The notes under the pieces are model-generated. The model ran no database searches. It was not told the DNA's origin and was given only the letters and a program-made list of their open reading frames with translations. A program made the translations under genes and the position numbers. Of a DNA stretch of 57,164 bases, positions 28,962 to 38,562 are shown in pieces. The stretch spans positions 1 through 57,164 of IMG/VR virus record IMGVR_UViG_3300004369_000017; one strand, given 5' to 3'. Every line of letters starts with the position of its first letter. Positions within the stretch are counted from its first letter, which is position 1. Origin of the DNA: a virus (lineage: Duplodnaviria > Caudoviricetes).

Positions 28962-29879
28962 TTAGATGATTGTTACAGAGTCTGTAGTTACGCCGGGACC
29001 ATCTGAATAAACTACCAACTCATTGATCTCAGCATCTACATATTCACCAGCGTCGTTTCTAACAACGAAGGTAATGGTTTTATTTGGGTCCACACCGGAT
29101 CTTGATACGAGACCAACGGTGTTAACATCAAAGTCTTCCATGTTTCCAGAAGACGATGTTGCGTTACTGCTTCCTATAGCGATGTAGTGATCCCCAAGAA
29201 CACCAGAAGCAAACTTAATGCGGAATTTTCCAACATCTAAATCTTCGATTTCCGTCACATTATAGGCAGATCGAACACTGGGTGGGACTCCGCTTCCACC
29301 AGCATTGAAATTAATAAAGGCTTTTGCTACCCCTCTAGCGGAATTATTAACGGAACTATCTGCATACTGGAATTCTCCAGAGACAGTAATGTCCTGCCCA
29401 CCTTCTACGTTAGGAGTAAATTTCAGACCATTGTCTGTGCCAGAAGCTCCAACCCAATTACCTCCCAACTGAAGATTGCCAGTCATAGGGCGAGCACCGC
29501 TGATTGGTACGTATTGAGAGTGAGGGTCTCCATCGTCAAGATTTCCGAGTTCTCGGTGGTCGATATTTTCAACACCCAACCAAGGTTCTACCTGTCGTGA
29601 GCCGCTGTTGTTTGGAGCATTAGGGAAAAGTAGTCCAGACTCAGCGATGAATGTACCGCCATAAGGTGATCCACCGGGGTCTTGTACTTCTGCTCTAACG
29701 TCGTATGTGAAAGGTGTGTCAGTATCTGTATTTCCACTTGCTACTACAGTATTAATTGAAGCTACTACATCCTCAATATTGTGACGTACATCTTCCGCTG
29801 AAATATTACCCGCGTTATTGTCCGCAAGGTCTACTCCAATACTTGTAAGCAAATCAGCTTTTGTTTTAATTGTTGCCAT
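28962..29879 (-). CDS. Virion fibre/structural protein
   Basis: 305 aa. C-terminal 'AKAFINFN...VRSAYNVTEIEDLDVGKFRIKF' fibre-like domain. N-terminus resembles that of 33775..37995. Confidence 0.6.
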   Translation of the reverse strand: MATIKTKADLLTSIGVDLADNNAGNISAEDVRHNIEDVVASINTVVASGNTDTDTPFTYDVRAEVQDPGGSPYGGTFIAESGLLFPNAPNNSGSRQVEPWLGVENIDHRELGNLDDGDPHSQYVPISGARPMTGNLQLGGNWVGASGTDNGLKFTPNVEGGQDITVSGEFQYADSSVNNSARGVAKAFINFNAGGSGVPPSVRSAYNVTEIEDLDVGKFRIKFASGVLGDHYIAIGSSNATSSSGNMEDFDVNTVGLVSRSGVDPNKTITFVVRNDAGEYVDAEINELVVYSDGPGVTTDSVTII

Positions 29880-30385
29880 TAGTTAAACATCCCATTTCTG
29901 TGTACTACTGGTCTGTAATACTCATTCTCAGTAGCAATAGGTCCAGTGATAACCTGTCCAGCTATACTGTTTCCAGCACGATAGTCTAGCACAAGTTGTT
30001 CGTATTTGTCACACAAGTCTTTATAGTAAACCGTAAGAGTTTTAGAAACACCTCTCAGGTCGATAGCTGAAGGTCCGTCTTTGATAGAAATAGCATTTCC
30101 AGACTCGCTTCTAATCTCGCTACCTATTATCATACACGCTGTACGTAAACCAACTAGAGTAATAAAAGCGTCATCTCTAGGAGAAGTTTCAGTAGGATCG
30201 GGAGATAGAGTACCCCCCTCGATGCTTATAGTGTATATGTTGTCGAATGGGACGGTTGTTGCTGTCATTTGCGCGGCTGCAAGGATACAAGTCTCTATCC
30301 TGCTAGATGAATAGGTATAGTTATCAGAGTCTAAATCGTTAACGATAACTCTCACCATTGTTGTGATCTCACCCTGCCAAGACAT
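29879..30385 (-). CDS. Probable head-tail adaptor protein
   Basis: 168 aa. 'VRVIVNDLD...YTYS...I' N-terminus and 'ISIKDGPSAID' hairpin, as in SPP1 gp15/HK97 gp6-like adaptors. Confidence 0.6.
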   Translation of the reverse strand: MSWQGEITTMVRVIVNDLDSDNYTYSSSRIETCILAAAQMTATTVPFDNIYTISIEGGTLSPDPTETSPRDDAFITLVGLRTACMIIGSEIRSESGNAISIKDGPSAIDLRGVSKTLTVYYKDLCDKYEQLVLDYRAGNSIAGQVITGPIATENEYYRPVVHRNGMFN

Positions 30386-30386
30386 A

Positions 30387-30704
30387 TTAACCTCCCAAGT
30401 TTCTATCTACAGGAAATGTATAAACATCAGTAGCAAAGGAAGTTGATGCAGATAGCACTTTTGCTTGAAGCTTATGAACACCAACTTGTGTAATATCACC
30501 AGAAACAGTATCGTAGTACATGACTCCAGATAGAGCACTTCCATCATCTAGAGTGCTTGCCAAGTTGTACAGAAGTTCGCCACTAGGATTCTTTATGATA
30601 ATCTGTAAACCAGAAGCGGTAGTGAGATCAATACCCACACCGCTCTCCCTTACAGTTACAAGGAGTCTAGTTCCGACATCCCCTTGATGAATTTTACTGG
30701 CCAT
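30387..30704 (-). CDS. Small Ig-like virion protein (BppU N-terminal-like)
   Basis: Pattern 'IHQGD.G..L.VTV...G..IDLT......IIIKNPSG...G...Y....GD....G'. Confidence 0.55.
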   Translation of the reverse strand: MASKIHQGDVGTRLLVTVRESGVGIDLTTASGLQIIIKNPSGELLYNLASTLDDGSALSGVMYYDTVSGDITQVGVHKLQAKVLSASTSFATDVYTFPVDRNLGG

Positions 30705-30708
30705 TCTA

Positions 30709-30771
30709 TTACCTTGTTAAAGCTATACTCAGCACAGTCACTATTTCAAGATCTATTTCATAAACATTCAT
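30709..30771 (-). CDS. 20-aa microprotein (MNVYEIDLEIVTVLSIALTR)
   Basis: GGAG RBS 5 nt upstream of the ATG. Fills the gap between a late-motif site (30791-30797) and the next gene. Confidence 0.5.
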   Translation of the reverse strand: MNVYEIDLEIVTVLSIALTR

Positions 30772-30796
30772 AGCTTCTCCACTACTAGTTAATACA

Positions 30797-32602
30797 CTAT
30801 TTTCCAACAAACTTCTTGTATAAGACCAAAGCCTCTTCATCGAACACAGGCTTAAAATCATTCACCTTTTCAAAAGGCTTAAACCCTAAATAGTCCCACT
30901 TTTCTTGAAATTCCTGTTCACTTTTTAGGTCTAAAATTACACTGGTATGCCAATCAGCTCTAGCCCATCTGTAGATGTAAGAAGGGTTAGTACCTTCATA
31001 ACGAGTATACTCGCCAGCAGAACGTAGACATTTTTCCCTCATAACCTTGTCTCCGTTAATGTTTAGAACGGACTCGTAACCATTAACATCTTTCCACAGT
31101 TCTATTGAGTAAGCCCAAGTAGCATGAAATCTGCCACTACAATTCTCCTTTACAACATCGCCCATTGTCTGTCCGTAATTACTATAGGCAAAACTAGGAG
31201 CAAAAAACTGTTTCTCACCAGATTTTCTGGACTTAGCGATTGAACTGATATGCCACGGAAGATATATGTCATCATCTTCCCACACACAGATAATATCCGT
31301 TTCTGGATTTCTTAATTCTGCAATAGCGTTAAATTTACCCCACAGGTTACCAACTCTGTCTGTAGTGCTTACAAGTTTCCAGTTTTCACCAGTGCAAGAG
31401 TTCACCTGACCAGCGTCGTCAAGTATGATCAGCTCACACCTATCTTTAGGATAATCTTGTTCCTCAAAGCATTTAACAGCCGCAGCCATGTGCTTGGGTC
31501 TTTTATAAGTAGGGCAAATACAAGTGATGAATGAGGGTTTGCTTTTAACCGAGACTTTGGTTTCCTTGGTTTTATAGATATCTTTAGCTTCAACTACTAG
31601 TTTATCCCACTCTTCCATAGAGAAATGATGTTCATCTACGAAGTGTCTGCGGATTTCGTCTAGTGGTTTTTCCAACTCGGTGAATTCAAGAATGTAGTTA
31701 CGTACTTTATTATGCATGGTCAGTGGGTATTTAACGCCATCCGGCCTGTGGAATCTATGCATCCATTTTAAGAACGGAAGACATATAGCATGTCGACCAT
31801 TTTTTCTATATTTTTCATGTATATACCCCTCTTCACCGCCAAAGCCAACAGCGTGTTTATTAAAACCAAGCCACTGATCTTTTTTAACAAAGAACAGTCC
31901 TAATCCTTGAGAGAAGATTTCAAAAGGTTTTTTAGTATCATGAGATGTAACGTAAGATTGTTTATGTAGAACCGACTCATGTCCATAGTAAGAAATATCT
32001 CTTATTGAAGATTTACATTTTGGGCACTCGTAGTAAATATCTTGAGAAGCAGTATCTCTCATCTCGCATGTGTTATTAGTGTTTTTTTCTACAGAGAATT
32101 TGAAGTCTCCACACTTGCAATCCCAAGAAGTTCTCCATTGTCCCCACATTTGTGAAGACCATTCGTCGTTAAAATGTGTGCTTTCACCAGCGAAGTTATC
32201 ATATACTAGAGGTCCACTATACAGATTTTTAGCGTCAGGGTTTTCTTTTATGAATGTAATTAGTTTGTCTAATGTTTCCACAACGGGACAGAGTAAAACG
32301 TGACAATCCATTACTAACACATATTTACCATTAGCGTTTTCCACCACCGCGTTTCTAGAGGCAGACGTGCCTTGTGTGTCTCTGTGGTGAGTTATTCTCA
32401 CGTCCTTCATATCTCGTGAGAAATTCTGTAGACTGGTTCTATGAAGATTGTCTTTATCAGGACTATTGTCCACGATCAAAAACTCAATCTCGTTCATTAA
32501 ATCTTGTCTATTATTATAAACAAGCTCTTTTCTTATATCTTGAATTGTAAAATAGGCTCCGTCAAAATCATTACAGTGAGCCATTCCTATTGTTAATAAC
32601 AT
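30797..32602 (-). CDS. Two-domain family 2 (GT-A) glycosyltransferase
   Basis: Domain 1: 'EFLIVDN...SASRNAVVENANGKYVLVMDCH...FGGEEG'. Domain 2: 'ITCICPTYKRP...ELIILDD...ICVWEDDDIYLPWHI'. Confidence 0.9.
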   Translation of the reverse strand: MLLTIGMAHCNDFDGAYFTIQDIRKELVYNNRQDLMNEIEFLIVDNSPDKDNLHRTSLQNFSRDMKDVRITHHRDTQGTSASRNAVVENANGKYVLVMDCHVLLCPVVETLDKLITFIKENPDAKNLYSGPLVYDNFAGESTHFNDEWSSQMWGQWRTSWDCKCGDFKFSVEKNTNNTCEMRDTASQDIYYECPKCKSSIRDISYYGHESVLHKQSYVTSHDTKKPFEIFSQGLGLFFVKKDQWLGFNKHAVGFGGEEGYIHEKYRKNGRHAICLPFLKWMHRFHRPDGVKYPLTMHNKVRNYILEFTELEKPLDEIRRHFVDEHHFSMEEWDKLVVEAKDIYKTKETKVSVKSKPSFITCICPTYKRPKHMAAAVKCFEEQDYPKDRCELIILDDAGQVNSCTGENWKLVSTTDRVGNLWGKFNAIAELRNPETDIICVWEDDDIYLPWHISSIAKSRKSGEKQFFAPSFAYSNYGQTMGDVVKENCSGRFHATWAYSIELWKDVNGYESVLNINGDKVMREKCLRSAGEYTRYEGTNPSYIYRWARADWHTSVILDLKSEQEFQEKWDYLGFKPFEKVNDFKPVFDEEALVLYKKFVGK

Positions 32603-32628
32603 ATGTTTCCTTTTCCTAAAACGATAAA

Positions 32629-33765
32629 TTATGGTGGGAAATCACTATTAGAAGACCCGGCTGGTCTACATGGGTTTGAATTATAATTACTATTTCCACT
32701 CCACGTTCCGTCACATATGTATCCATACGTATCGTTTTGATCATAGCAGCCACCATTGTTAGTTCTACCCGGACCTAAACATTTTTCACATTGTAGATTA
32801 GTATATCCTAGAGATAAACAGCGATCATACGGAGACTGTGTGGTGGTTGTAGTGGTTGGGTCTAGTGTTGTCGTTGTTGTAGAAGTAGTAGTTGTGGGTG
32901 GAACTGTACCTGTTGTGGGTGGAACTGTACCTGTTGTTGGTATAGAAGTAGTAGTCGTTGTTGTGGCCGTGGTTGGCCCGGCAGTAGTCGTTGTTGTTGG
33001 CCCGGCAGTAGTTGTAGTCGTGGTTGTTGGCCCGGCAGTAGTCGTGGTTGTGGTGGTTGGCTCGGCAGTAGTCGTTGTAGTAGATGAAGTTCCAGTTGTA
33101 GGTGGTTGCGTCGTAGTCGTAGTCGTTGTTGTTGTGGTAGTTGTAGTCGTTGTTGTGGTAGTTGTGGTTGTAGTAGTAGTATGTCCATGTAAACATTCTA
33201 TCCAATAGTTTTCCTCAAAATTACTATGTTGGCCAGTCGCCTCATTAGAAAATCCATATTCTTGTACAAAGTCAGTACACTCTATGTCAAAATTAGCGTC
33301 ATCGCAGTCGCATCCAGTCATAGAAAATAGAGCACAGCCATATAGATTTTTAAAAGTCTGCCAAGTAGCAAACCCACAATTTGGAGCTTCTCCGAAAGTG
33401 CTTACAAATAAATCTTCGCATACTTCATATGAACATGATTGCCCAACATGAAATTCGCCACCTAGCTCCTCACAGTACTCAAATATCATAAAATCGATAC
33501 AAGCTCTCTCTCCATTCCAAGATAAACAACAAGAGCCTCCCGGTTGTGAAGTAGTGGTAGTAGTTGCACATACACGCCAGTCAATAGTCTGACAAGTTTC
33601 ACCAGAATGCCAAGTCCCGCCAGAGTTTAAACAATCCTGCTGATTTAACTCAAAACAGCTCTGGCTCACACAGCAAGCCGCCGTAGGAGGTGGAGTTGTG
33701 GTAGTTGTTGTCGTTGTGGACGTGGTTGTACATACACAAGAGCAGTTGTCTGGTGGGCGACCCAT
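32629..33765 (-). CDS. Mucin-like Thr/Pro-rich protein with Cys-rich modules
   Basis: GGAG RBS. Long poly-Thr tracts encoded by mixed ACN codons, TTTAGP and TTGTVPP repeats, and two 'CC...C...C...GG.(W/F)H.G..C' modules. Confidence 0.75.
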   Translation of the reverse strand: MGRPPDNCSCVCTTTSTTTTTTTTPPPTAACCVSQSCFELNQQDCLNSGGTWHSGETCQTIDWRVCATTTTTSQPGGSCCLSWNGERACIDFMIFEYCEELGGEFHVGQSCSYEVCEDLFVSTFGEAPNCGFATWQTFKNLYGCALFSMTGCDCDDANFDIECTDFVQEYGFSNEATGQHSNFEENYWIECLHGHTTTTTTTTTTTTTTTTTTTTTTTTQPPTTGTSSTTTTTAEPTTTTTTTAGPTTTTTTTAGPTTTTTAGPTTATTTTTTSIPTTGTVPPTTGTVPPTTTTSTTTTTLDPTTTTTTQSPYDRCLSLGYTNLQCEKCLGPGRTNNGGCYDQNDTYGYICDGTWSGNSNYNSNPCRPAGSSNSDFPP

Positions 33766-33774
33766 CGTAGCTCC

Positions 33775-36700
33775 TTATGAACAGCCAATCCAAGTTGGTC
33801 TATAAGTGCCGTTAATCAACGTGGCGTTGTAATAAGCACCGTTTGGAACAGAAAGAGTGTGATCTCTATTCACTAGATATACAGTTGCTATATCGCCCCA
33901 ATCACTATTCTTAACCGTAGCAATACCAGAAGTCATACCGCCTTCTGAAGGAGCTGCAATAGCCGCTGAATACCCCTCGATAAATATAGGCAATCCTTTA
34001 GCATAGTAGCCCTCGCAGGTAACTTCGGCAACTTTTACATCATCGCAGTACCAAGTTTGAACTGGAACGATTCCAGAATGCCCTTCTATTGTACTGTCTT
34101 TACGAACAGAAAGAGGGGCATCTGGCGTAAGAACTGCATCTCCGATAGATAATCTACGTAATCCAGCATCTCCAGCAAGAACATTGTTTATATTGATCTT
34201 ATTAGCAGCTCCGGGGCTGTTATACAGCAGTCTTTGATTGTCAAGTAATCCAGCGACTATTTCAATATTATTCTCACCAGTCTCTGTGACACCGTCACCT
34301 CGTAATGCGTGCTCACCAATACCAATAGAATTGTTATAGCTAGAGTCTAGACCAGCACTTGATCCAATGAATATAGAGTCGGAAGCTGCCGCTGCGTTTT
34401 TACCAGCATTGCTACCAATAAACGTTGCGTTCTCCAGATTGTCAGCGTTGTAACCAGCTCTATATCCAATGAATGTAGAAGAGGTGTCAGTAGCTAAGCC
34501 TACGTTTGGAGTAGTTGCGTTTTTACCAGCCTCAGATCCAATCATTACTGAATGTTTCCATCCAGTAGCTGAAGCTCCAGTATCACATCCGATAAATACA
34601 GATGAGTCATTTTGACCCACTAACACGTTAGCACTGGTAAATACGTGATTACAATTGTCAGATACGGATGCGTACCCACTGGCCACTAGGCTTGATAACG
34701 TATTGATACTAACTCTACCAACAGGAGAATTCGCACCACTTGCAGTACCCAAAGCGAGGTAGCTATTAGCTGTATCAATACTGCCAACTATTTCAGTGGA
34801 ATCAATAAGATCACTAAAATCGAGATGCATGTAAGACGTACCGTCTACATCTTCTCTTCTAATGCCAGTACCGGCAGCAAAAGTTGCTCCGAGAGTAGAA
34901 CCAAGAGTAGTGCCGTCAGAAAATAAAATGTCTCCAACTAACCGCAGATCGCCTCTTAGTTCGGCATAGGGTCTAGCGACATCAGGTTCTTCCCAAGTGA
35001 CACCAGTATTCATAGGAATAGCGTCATATGAGAAGGACATTAATGTTCCAGCATAGCCACTCGCGTTAGCAAAATCAATACTGAATCCAGCATTGATGTT
35101 GCCACCAAATTCAGTAGTTCCAATGCCAGATTCGTCATCTCTTATTTGTAGAGTAGAAAACCTCTTATTATCTGTCTTGCCAATAAATTTATCGGTAGAC
35201 TGGTAAGTACGAAGGGATGTGGTCTGGTAGGAATGCTTAACGTCAAACTTGTCTGTATTAACCCAAAGTTTTCTGCTGTCAGCGTTAGGGCCAAGAACAC
35301 CTTCCATTAGAGGGATTTGCCCATTGCCAATCAAGAAGCTATAATCAGATACGTTTCCAGACTCTTTAAGGCAGTTGCCGATGATAATAGAGTCAGAGAT
35401 TGATGAAGTGCCGCTTTTTAAAGTCCTAGCACCAATCAATACGTTTCTACTACCATGAGCGACGTTCTTAGCTGTCTCGTTACCAAGGATGGTGTTTTTG
35501 GTTACAGTAGTGCCGGACACTTCCATATTCTCGCCAGCATAACTACCAACGAAAACGTTTTCAGTTGAAGCGGATATATTCTGACCAGCATAGTACCCCA
35601 AAGCGGTATTGTCATCTCCAATCCCCAAGTCTTTAAGAGCTGAGTGGCCTAATGAAGTATTTCGTCCAGCCGATCCTGAAACAGGTCTCGTGGCAGGAGA
35701 GTCAATACCACCATGAGTGTTGCCATTAGCGTCGACATACAATAGAGAATCATCGCTGTTCTGATTAACAGGAATGCGGAATTCGTTACCAGTGCCGTCT
35801 CTAAAATACAGAGCTTCAGTCTGCATATAGCCAGTATGTGGTTTCACATAAATCTTACCATACTCATTGGTTGAAGATGCAGAATCTGTTTGAGACTTAA
35901 GCGATATTGTTCCGCTTAAACTGCCTTGGTAGTTTACAGTAAGTGGAGCGTTAGCGTCGAATCTTCGTACATAGTTATGATGTGTTACACCGATGCCTAT
36001 GAAACCGTTATCGTTTACAGAAATAGCCCCCTGAGCCGCTCCATTTGAACCTGAAGACCTCAGCACAGAAACGTCAAACATCTCAGTAGATGGGCTGTAA
36101 GTCAGCTCCGCTCCAGAAGCTCTCATATTCCCATTACCGAGAATCTGAACTTTTGAAGGTGTTAAGGATCGACTGGAAAATCTAACTTCAGAGTTGCTAG
36201 CAGCTTGAACATTGAAGATAGTGGCTGGAATATGCGTGAAAGATCCACTTGGTATGTTAGTAATACCCACCAACCCACTATCGTATTTACGCATAACAAC
36301 AAGAGCGTCAGTGTTGTTAGAACTATTAGTGTCGTGAGACTTTAAAACGAATCTATCGAGAGACTGAGTACCGCTTGTCTGGTTGGTGTCTACATAATTG
36401 TTAGAAAAACCAATAAGATATCCAGATCCGTTAGTATCAACAAGCATTCTGTTTGCAACTACACTGCCGCGAGTTCGGCTATACGAGCCTACTCCAACGT
36501 CGCCGCTATTGACTACGTTAAAGGAATCATTATACTGAGATAATGCAAAATTCTCTGGGGCAGAGTAAGTATGTTGTTCACCACCCCTAATAAACACACC
36601 ATAGCAACCGCTCTGGCTAACCATAGAAAGATTTTTGGTCGCCAATACTCTATCGGTTTGAATGTGTCGCCCAGAATCAACTTCAATACTAATGTTAGAA

Positions 36701-37995
36701 AACCATCGAGAACGGGAATAGTGACTGTCTTCTTCAAGGCAGGTTAACTCCTGATTAGGGAACTTGTAGATAAATCTGTAATCACGTTGATAATCACTGC
36801 CACTTGAATGCACTTCAAAACCGGCTCCATCTAGTGCTTCATCACTAAGATATCCACATACAGAGCTAGTAATGAGACCGCCAGATGGGTCGCAGAATCC
36901 ACTTGTGGCAAGATGCAACGTCTTGCAATCATACAGGCACTCATTAATAGTGTTGTATTGTAAGTCGTTTATTGTGGCATTTCCACTCACGACAAGGTCA
37001 TTAAAGAAACCGTCCCACATCAATTCTGGAGTACCAATCTTATAGATACTGTCAGAACCGGGAACAATGTTTCCAGCGACTGTCATAAGTCCCTGACCGG
37101 ATGGAACAGCACCCAACCCAAATCTACCATTTCCATCTAGGTATAGTACAGTATTGTGGGTGTATTGGTTGGGATACTGCTCCTGATCGCGTGGTGTGTA
37201 ATATCCGAAAGTCATGCCGCTAGCACTGTGATAAGAGATGCCGCTCATTACGGCAAAAGAATCCCAAGACCTTTGGGCGTTACCTACGGAGCCAACACCG
37301 TTTATTGAAGGTGTGACATCTCCACCAACTTGTACGGTTCCGAAATCGTGTAGAACAGAAGTGGCAACTCCTAGTTGCAACTCTTTCAAATCACCATAGA
37401 GCAGTGGGCTTCTGTAAGTAGAAAAATCGTCACTGCAAATACTGTCAGAATCAACTTCATGAACGCCTACGAACAGTTTATAGCTATTAGCGGACAGGTT
37501 GGTTGGGTAATTGTCAATGTAATAACCAGCTCCATGACCAATAGCAATATTGAAATCACCATCTTTGTTAGACTGAAGAGAATGGTTACCAAGCCCTGTA
37601 TTTCCAGAACCTCTAATGTTACCTGCTAAAGCTCTAAAACCAACTGCTAGATTTTGGCTACCATAGATATTGCAGCTAAGAGCGTTAGAGCCAACGGCGG
37701 TATTCTTGAGACCAGTGAAGTTAGACCCCAAAGAGTTGTAACCAACCGACGTACTATCAGAGCTGCTATACCCCGGATTAGAAATTTTACCTAAAGCTTT
37801 CAGGCCAACAGACGTATTTCTATCTTCAGGAGAAGACAGATTGTCTGTGTCTATCGCCCCATTTAATAGTAGATGCAAAGAGTCTGCTGTGGCAAAGAAA
37901 GCAGAGCGAAGGTCTGCTGGAGAAATCTCTTGAGTAGCGTTATCCGGCAATAAAGATTGGATGTACGTTATGTACTCACTGCTGTCGTAAACCAT
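33775..37995 (-). CDS. Large fibre protein
   Basis: 1406 aa with three blocks of 'NT(A/S)(V/L)GxxAL' and 'FIGxxAG' beta-roll repeats. Confidence 0.75.
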   Translation of the reverse strand: MVYDSSEYITYIQSLLPDNATQEISPADLRSAFFATADSLHLLLNGAIDTDNLSSPEDRNTSVGLKALGKISNPGYSSSDSTSVGYNSLGSNFTGLKNTAVGSNALSCNIYGSQNLAVGFRALAGNIRGSGNTGLGNHSLQSNKDGDFNIAIGHGAGYYIDNYPTNLSANSYKLFVGVHEVDSDSICSDDFSTYRSPLLYGDLKELQLGVATSVLHDFGTVQVGGDVTPSINGVGSVGNAQRSWDSFAVMSGISYHSASGMTFGYYTPRDQEQYPNQYTHNTVLYLDGNGRFGLGAVPSGQGLMTVAGNIVPGSDSIYKIGTPELMWDGFFNDLVVSGNATINDLQYNTINECLYDCKTLHLATSGFCDPSGGLITSSVCGYLSDEALDGAGFEVHSSGSDYQRDYRFIYKFPNQELTCLEEDSHYSRSRWFSNISIEVDSGRHIQTDRVLATKNLSMVSQSGCYGVFIRGGEQHTYSAPENFALSQYNDSFNVVNSGDVGVGSYSRTRGSVVANRMLVDTNGSGYLIGFSNNYVDTNQTSGTQSLDRFVLKSHDTNSSNNTDALVVMRKYDSGLVGITNIPSGSFTHIPATIFNVQAASNSEVRFSSRSLTPSKVQILGNGNMRASGAELTYSPSTEMFDVSVLRSSGSNGAAQGAISVNDNGFIGIGVTHHNYVRRFDANAPLTVNYQGSLSGTISLKSQTDSASSTNEYGKIYVKPHTGYMQTEALYFRDGTGNEFRIPVNQNSDDSLLYVDANGNTHGGIDSPATRPVSGSAGRNTSLGHSALKDLGIGDDNTALGYYAGQNISASTENVFVGSYAGENMEVSGTTVTKNTILGNETAKNVAHGSRNVLIGARTLKSGTSSISDSIIIGNCLKESGNVSDYSFLIGNGQIPLMEGVLGPNADSRKLWVNTDKFDVKHSYQTTSLRTYQSTDKFIGKTDNKRFSTLQIRDDESGIGTTEFGGNINAGFSIDFANASGYAGTLMSFSYDAIPMNTGVTWEEPDVARPYAELRGDLRLVGDILFSDGTTLGSTLGATFAAGTGIRREDVDGTSYMHLDFSDLIDSTEIVGSIDTANSYLALGTASGANSPVGRVSINTLSSLVASGYASVSDNCNHVFTSANVLVGQNDSSVFIGCDTGASATGWKHSVMIGSEAGKNATTPNVGLATDTSSTFIGYRAGYNADNLENATFIGSNAGKNAAAASDSIFIGSSAGLDSSYNNSIGIGEHALRGDGVTETGENNIEIVAGLLDNQRLLYNSPGAANKININNVLAGDAGLRRLSIGDAVLTPDAPLSVRKDSTIEGHSGIVPVQTWYCDDVKVAEVTCEGYYAKGLPIFIEGYSAAIAAPSEGGMTSGIATVKNSDWGDIATVYLVNRDHTLSVPNGAYYNATLINGTYRPTWIGCS

Positions 37996-38006
37996 TCTCT
38001 ATTCCC

Positions 38007-38450
38007 TTATTTAAATGTAATACTAAGGGCGTCGTCGTTGATGCGAGGACCGTCTCCAGTATACATAATTCGTGGGTTAGTAAGTTGAGCGTAGAAAAGT
38101 AAGTTACCAGAACCGTGAGCTGAATTGTCTAAAATAGCAATTCCAGAAACCCATCCCCAATCTAATAGAGCGGTGCCGAAAGTAACGTTACCATCAATAG
38201 AAGCTACTCCAGACAGTTCTACCCATCGAGAATCACCACTGGTAGCGGGGTCATCTAGAGAAACTCTAGCGTAACCAGTTCCTGAACCATTAATAGTCAG
38301 GGGGATTTCAGGGATAGTGCTACCATCATCTGAATCCTGTGGAACCCCACTTGTAAGAGCTATAGCGATCTCGCCTGGCTTACTGAACTCATCCCCCATG
38401 AGAATGTGTTTCGCAAGTGCAGATTCGAGATAGTTGGACATTTTTGACAT
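38007..38450 (-). CDS. Conserved small virion structural protein
   Basis: 'MSNYLE.AL...IAL...P.D...G...YARV...F.TA..DWG.V..IAI.D...GNLL' pattern typical of phage minor structural proteins. CAGGAG RBS. Confidence 0.65.
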   Translation of the reverse strand: MSKMSNYLESALAKHILMGDEFSKPGEIAIALTSGVPQDSDDGSTIPEIPLTINGSGTGYARVSLDDPATSGDSRWVELSGVASIDGNVTFGTALLDWGWVSGIAILDNSAHGSGNLLFYAQLTNPRIMYTGDGPRINDDALSITFK

Positions 38451-38494
38451 ATGTATCTCCTGAAAAAACCGTAGTCCTGCTGGATTGTGCTACC

Positions 38495-38510
38495 CTATTA
38501 TACACAAAAA
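38495..38510 (-). promoter_or_regulatory. Putative late promoter motif TTTTTGTGTATAAT
   Basis: Shares the T-tract of the capsid gene terminator and lies about 50 bp upstream of the next gene. Confidence 0.6.
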
Positions 38511-38544
38511 AAGAGCCGCCTCCAGAACTCTGAAGACGACTCTT
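38506..38544 (-). terminator. Intrinsic terminator after the major capsid gene
   Basis: Minus-strand RNA AAGAGUCGUCUUCAG-AGUU-CUGGAGGCGGCUCUU followed by UUUUU. Three G-U pairs form only on this strand. Confidence 0.85.
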
Positions 38545-38562
38545 TCTTATGATTCAACCGGC

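Noticed and set aside
32756-33208. Poly-Val, Asn/Tyr/His-rich and Gln/Leu-rich ORFs overlapping the Thr-rich gene
   Set aside because: They are alternative frames or the antisense of the ACN repeat. Only the Thr frame has an RBS, flanking Cys domains and a fit to the operon.
25085-37995. Diversity-generating retroelement acting on the fibres
   Set aside because: No reverse transcriptase and no adenine-specific template/variable repeat pair were seen in the window.
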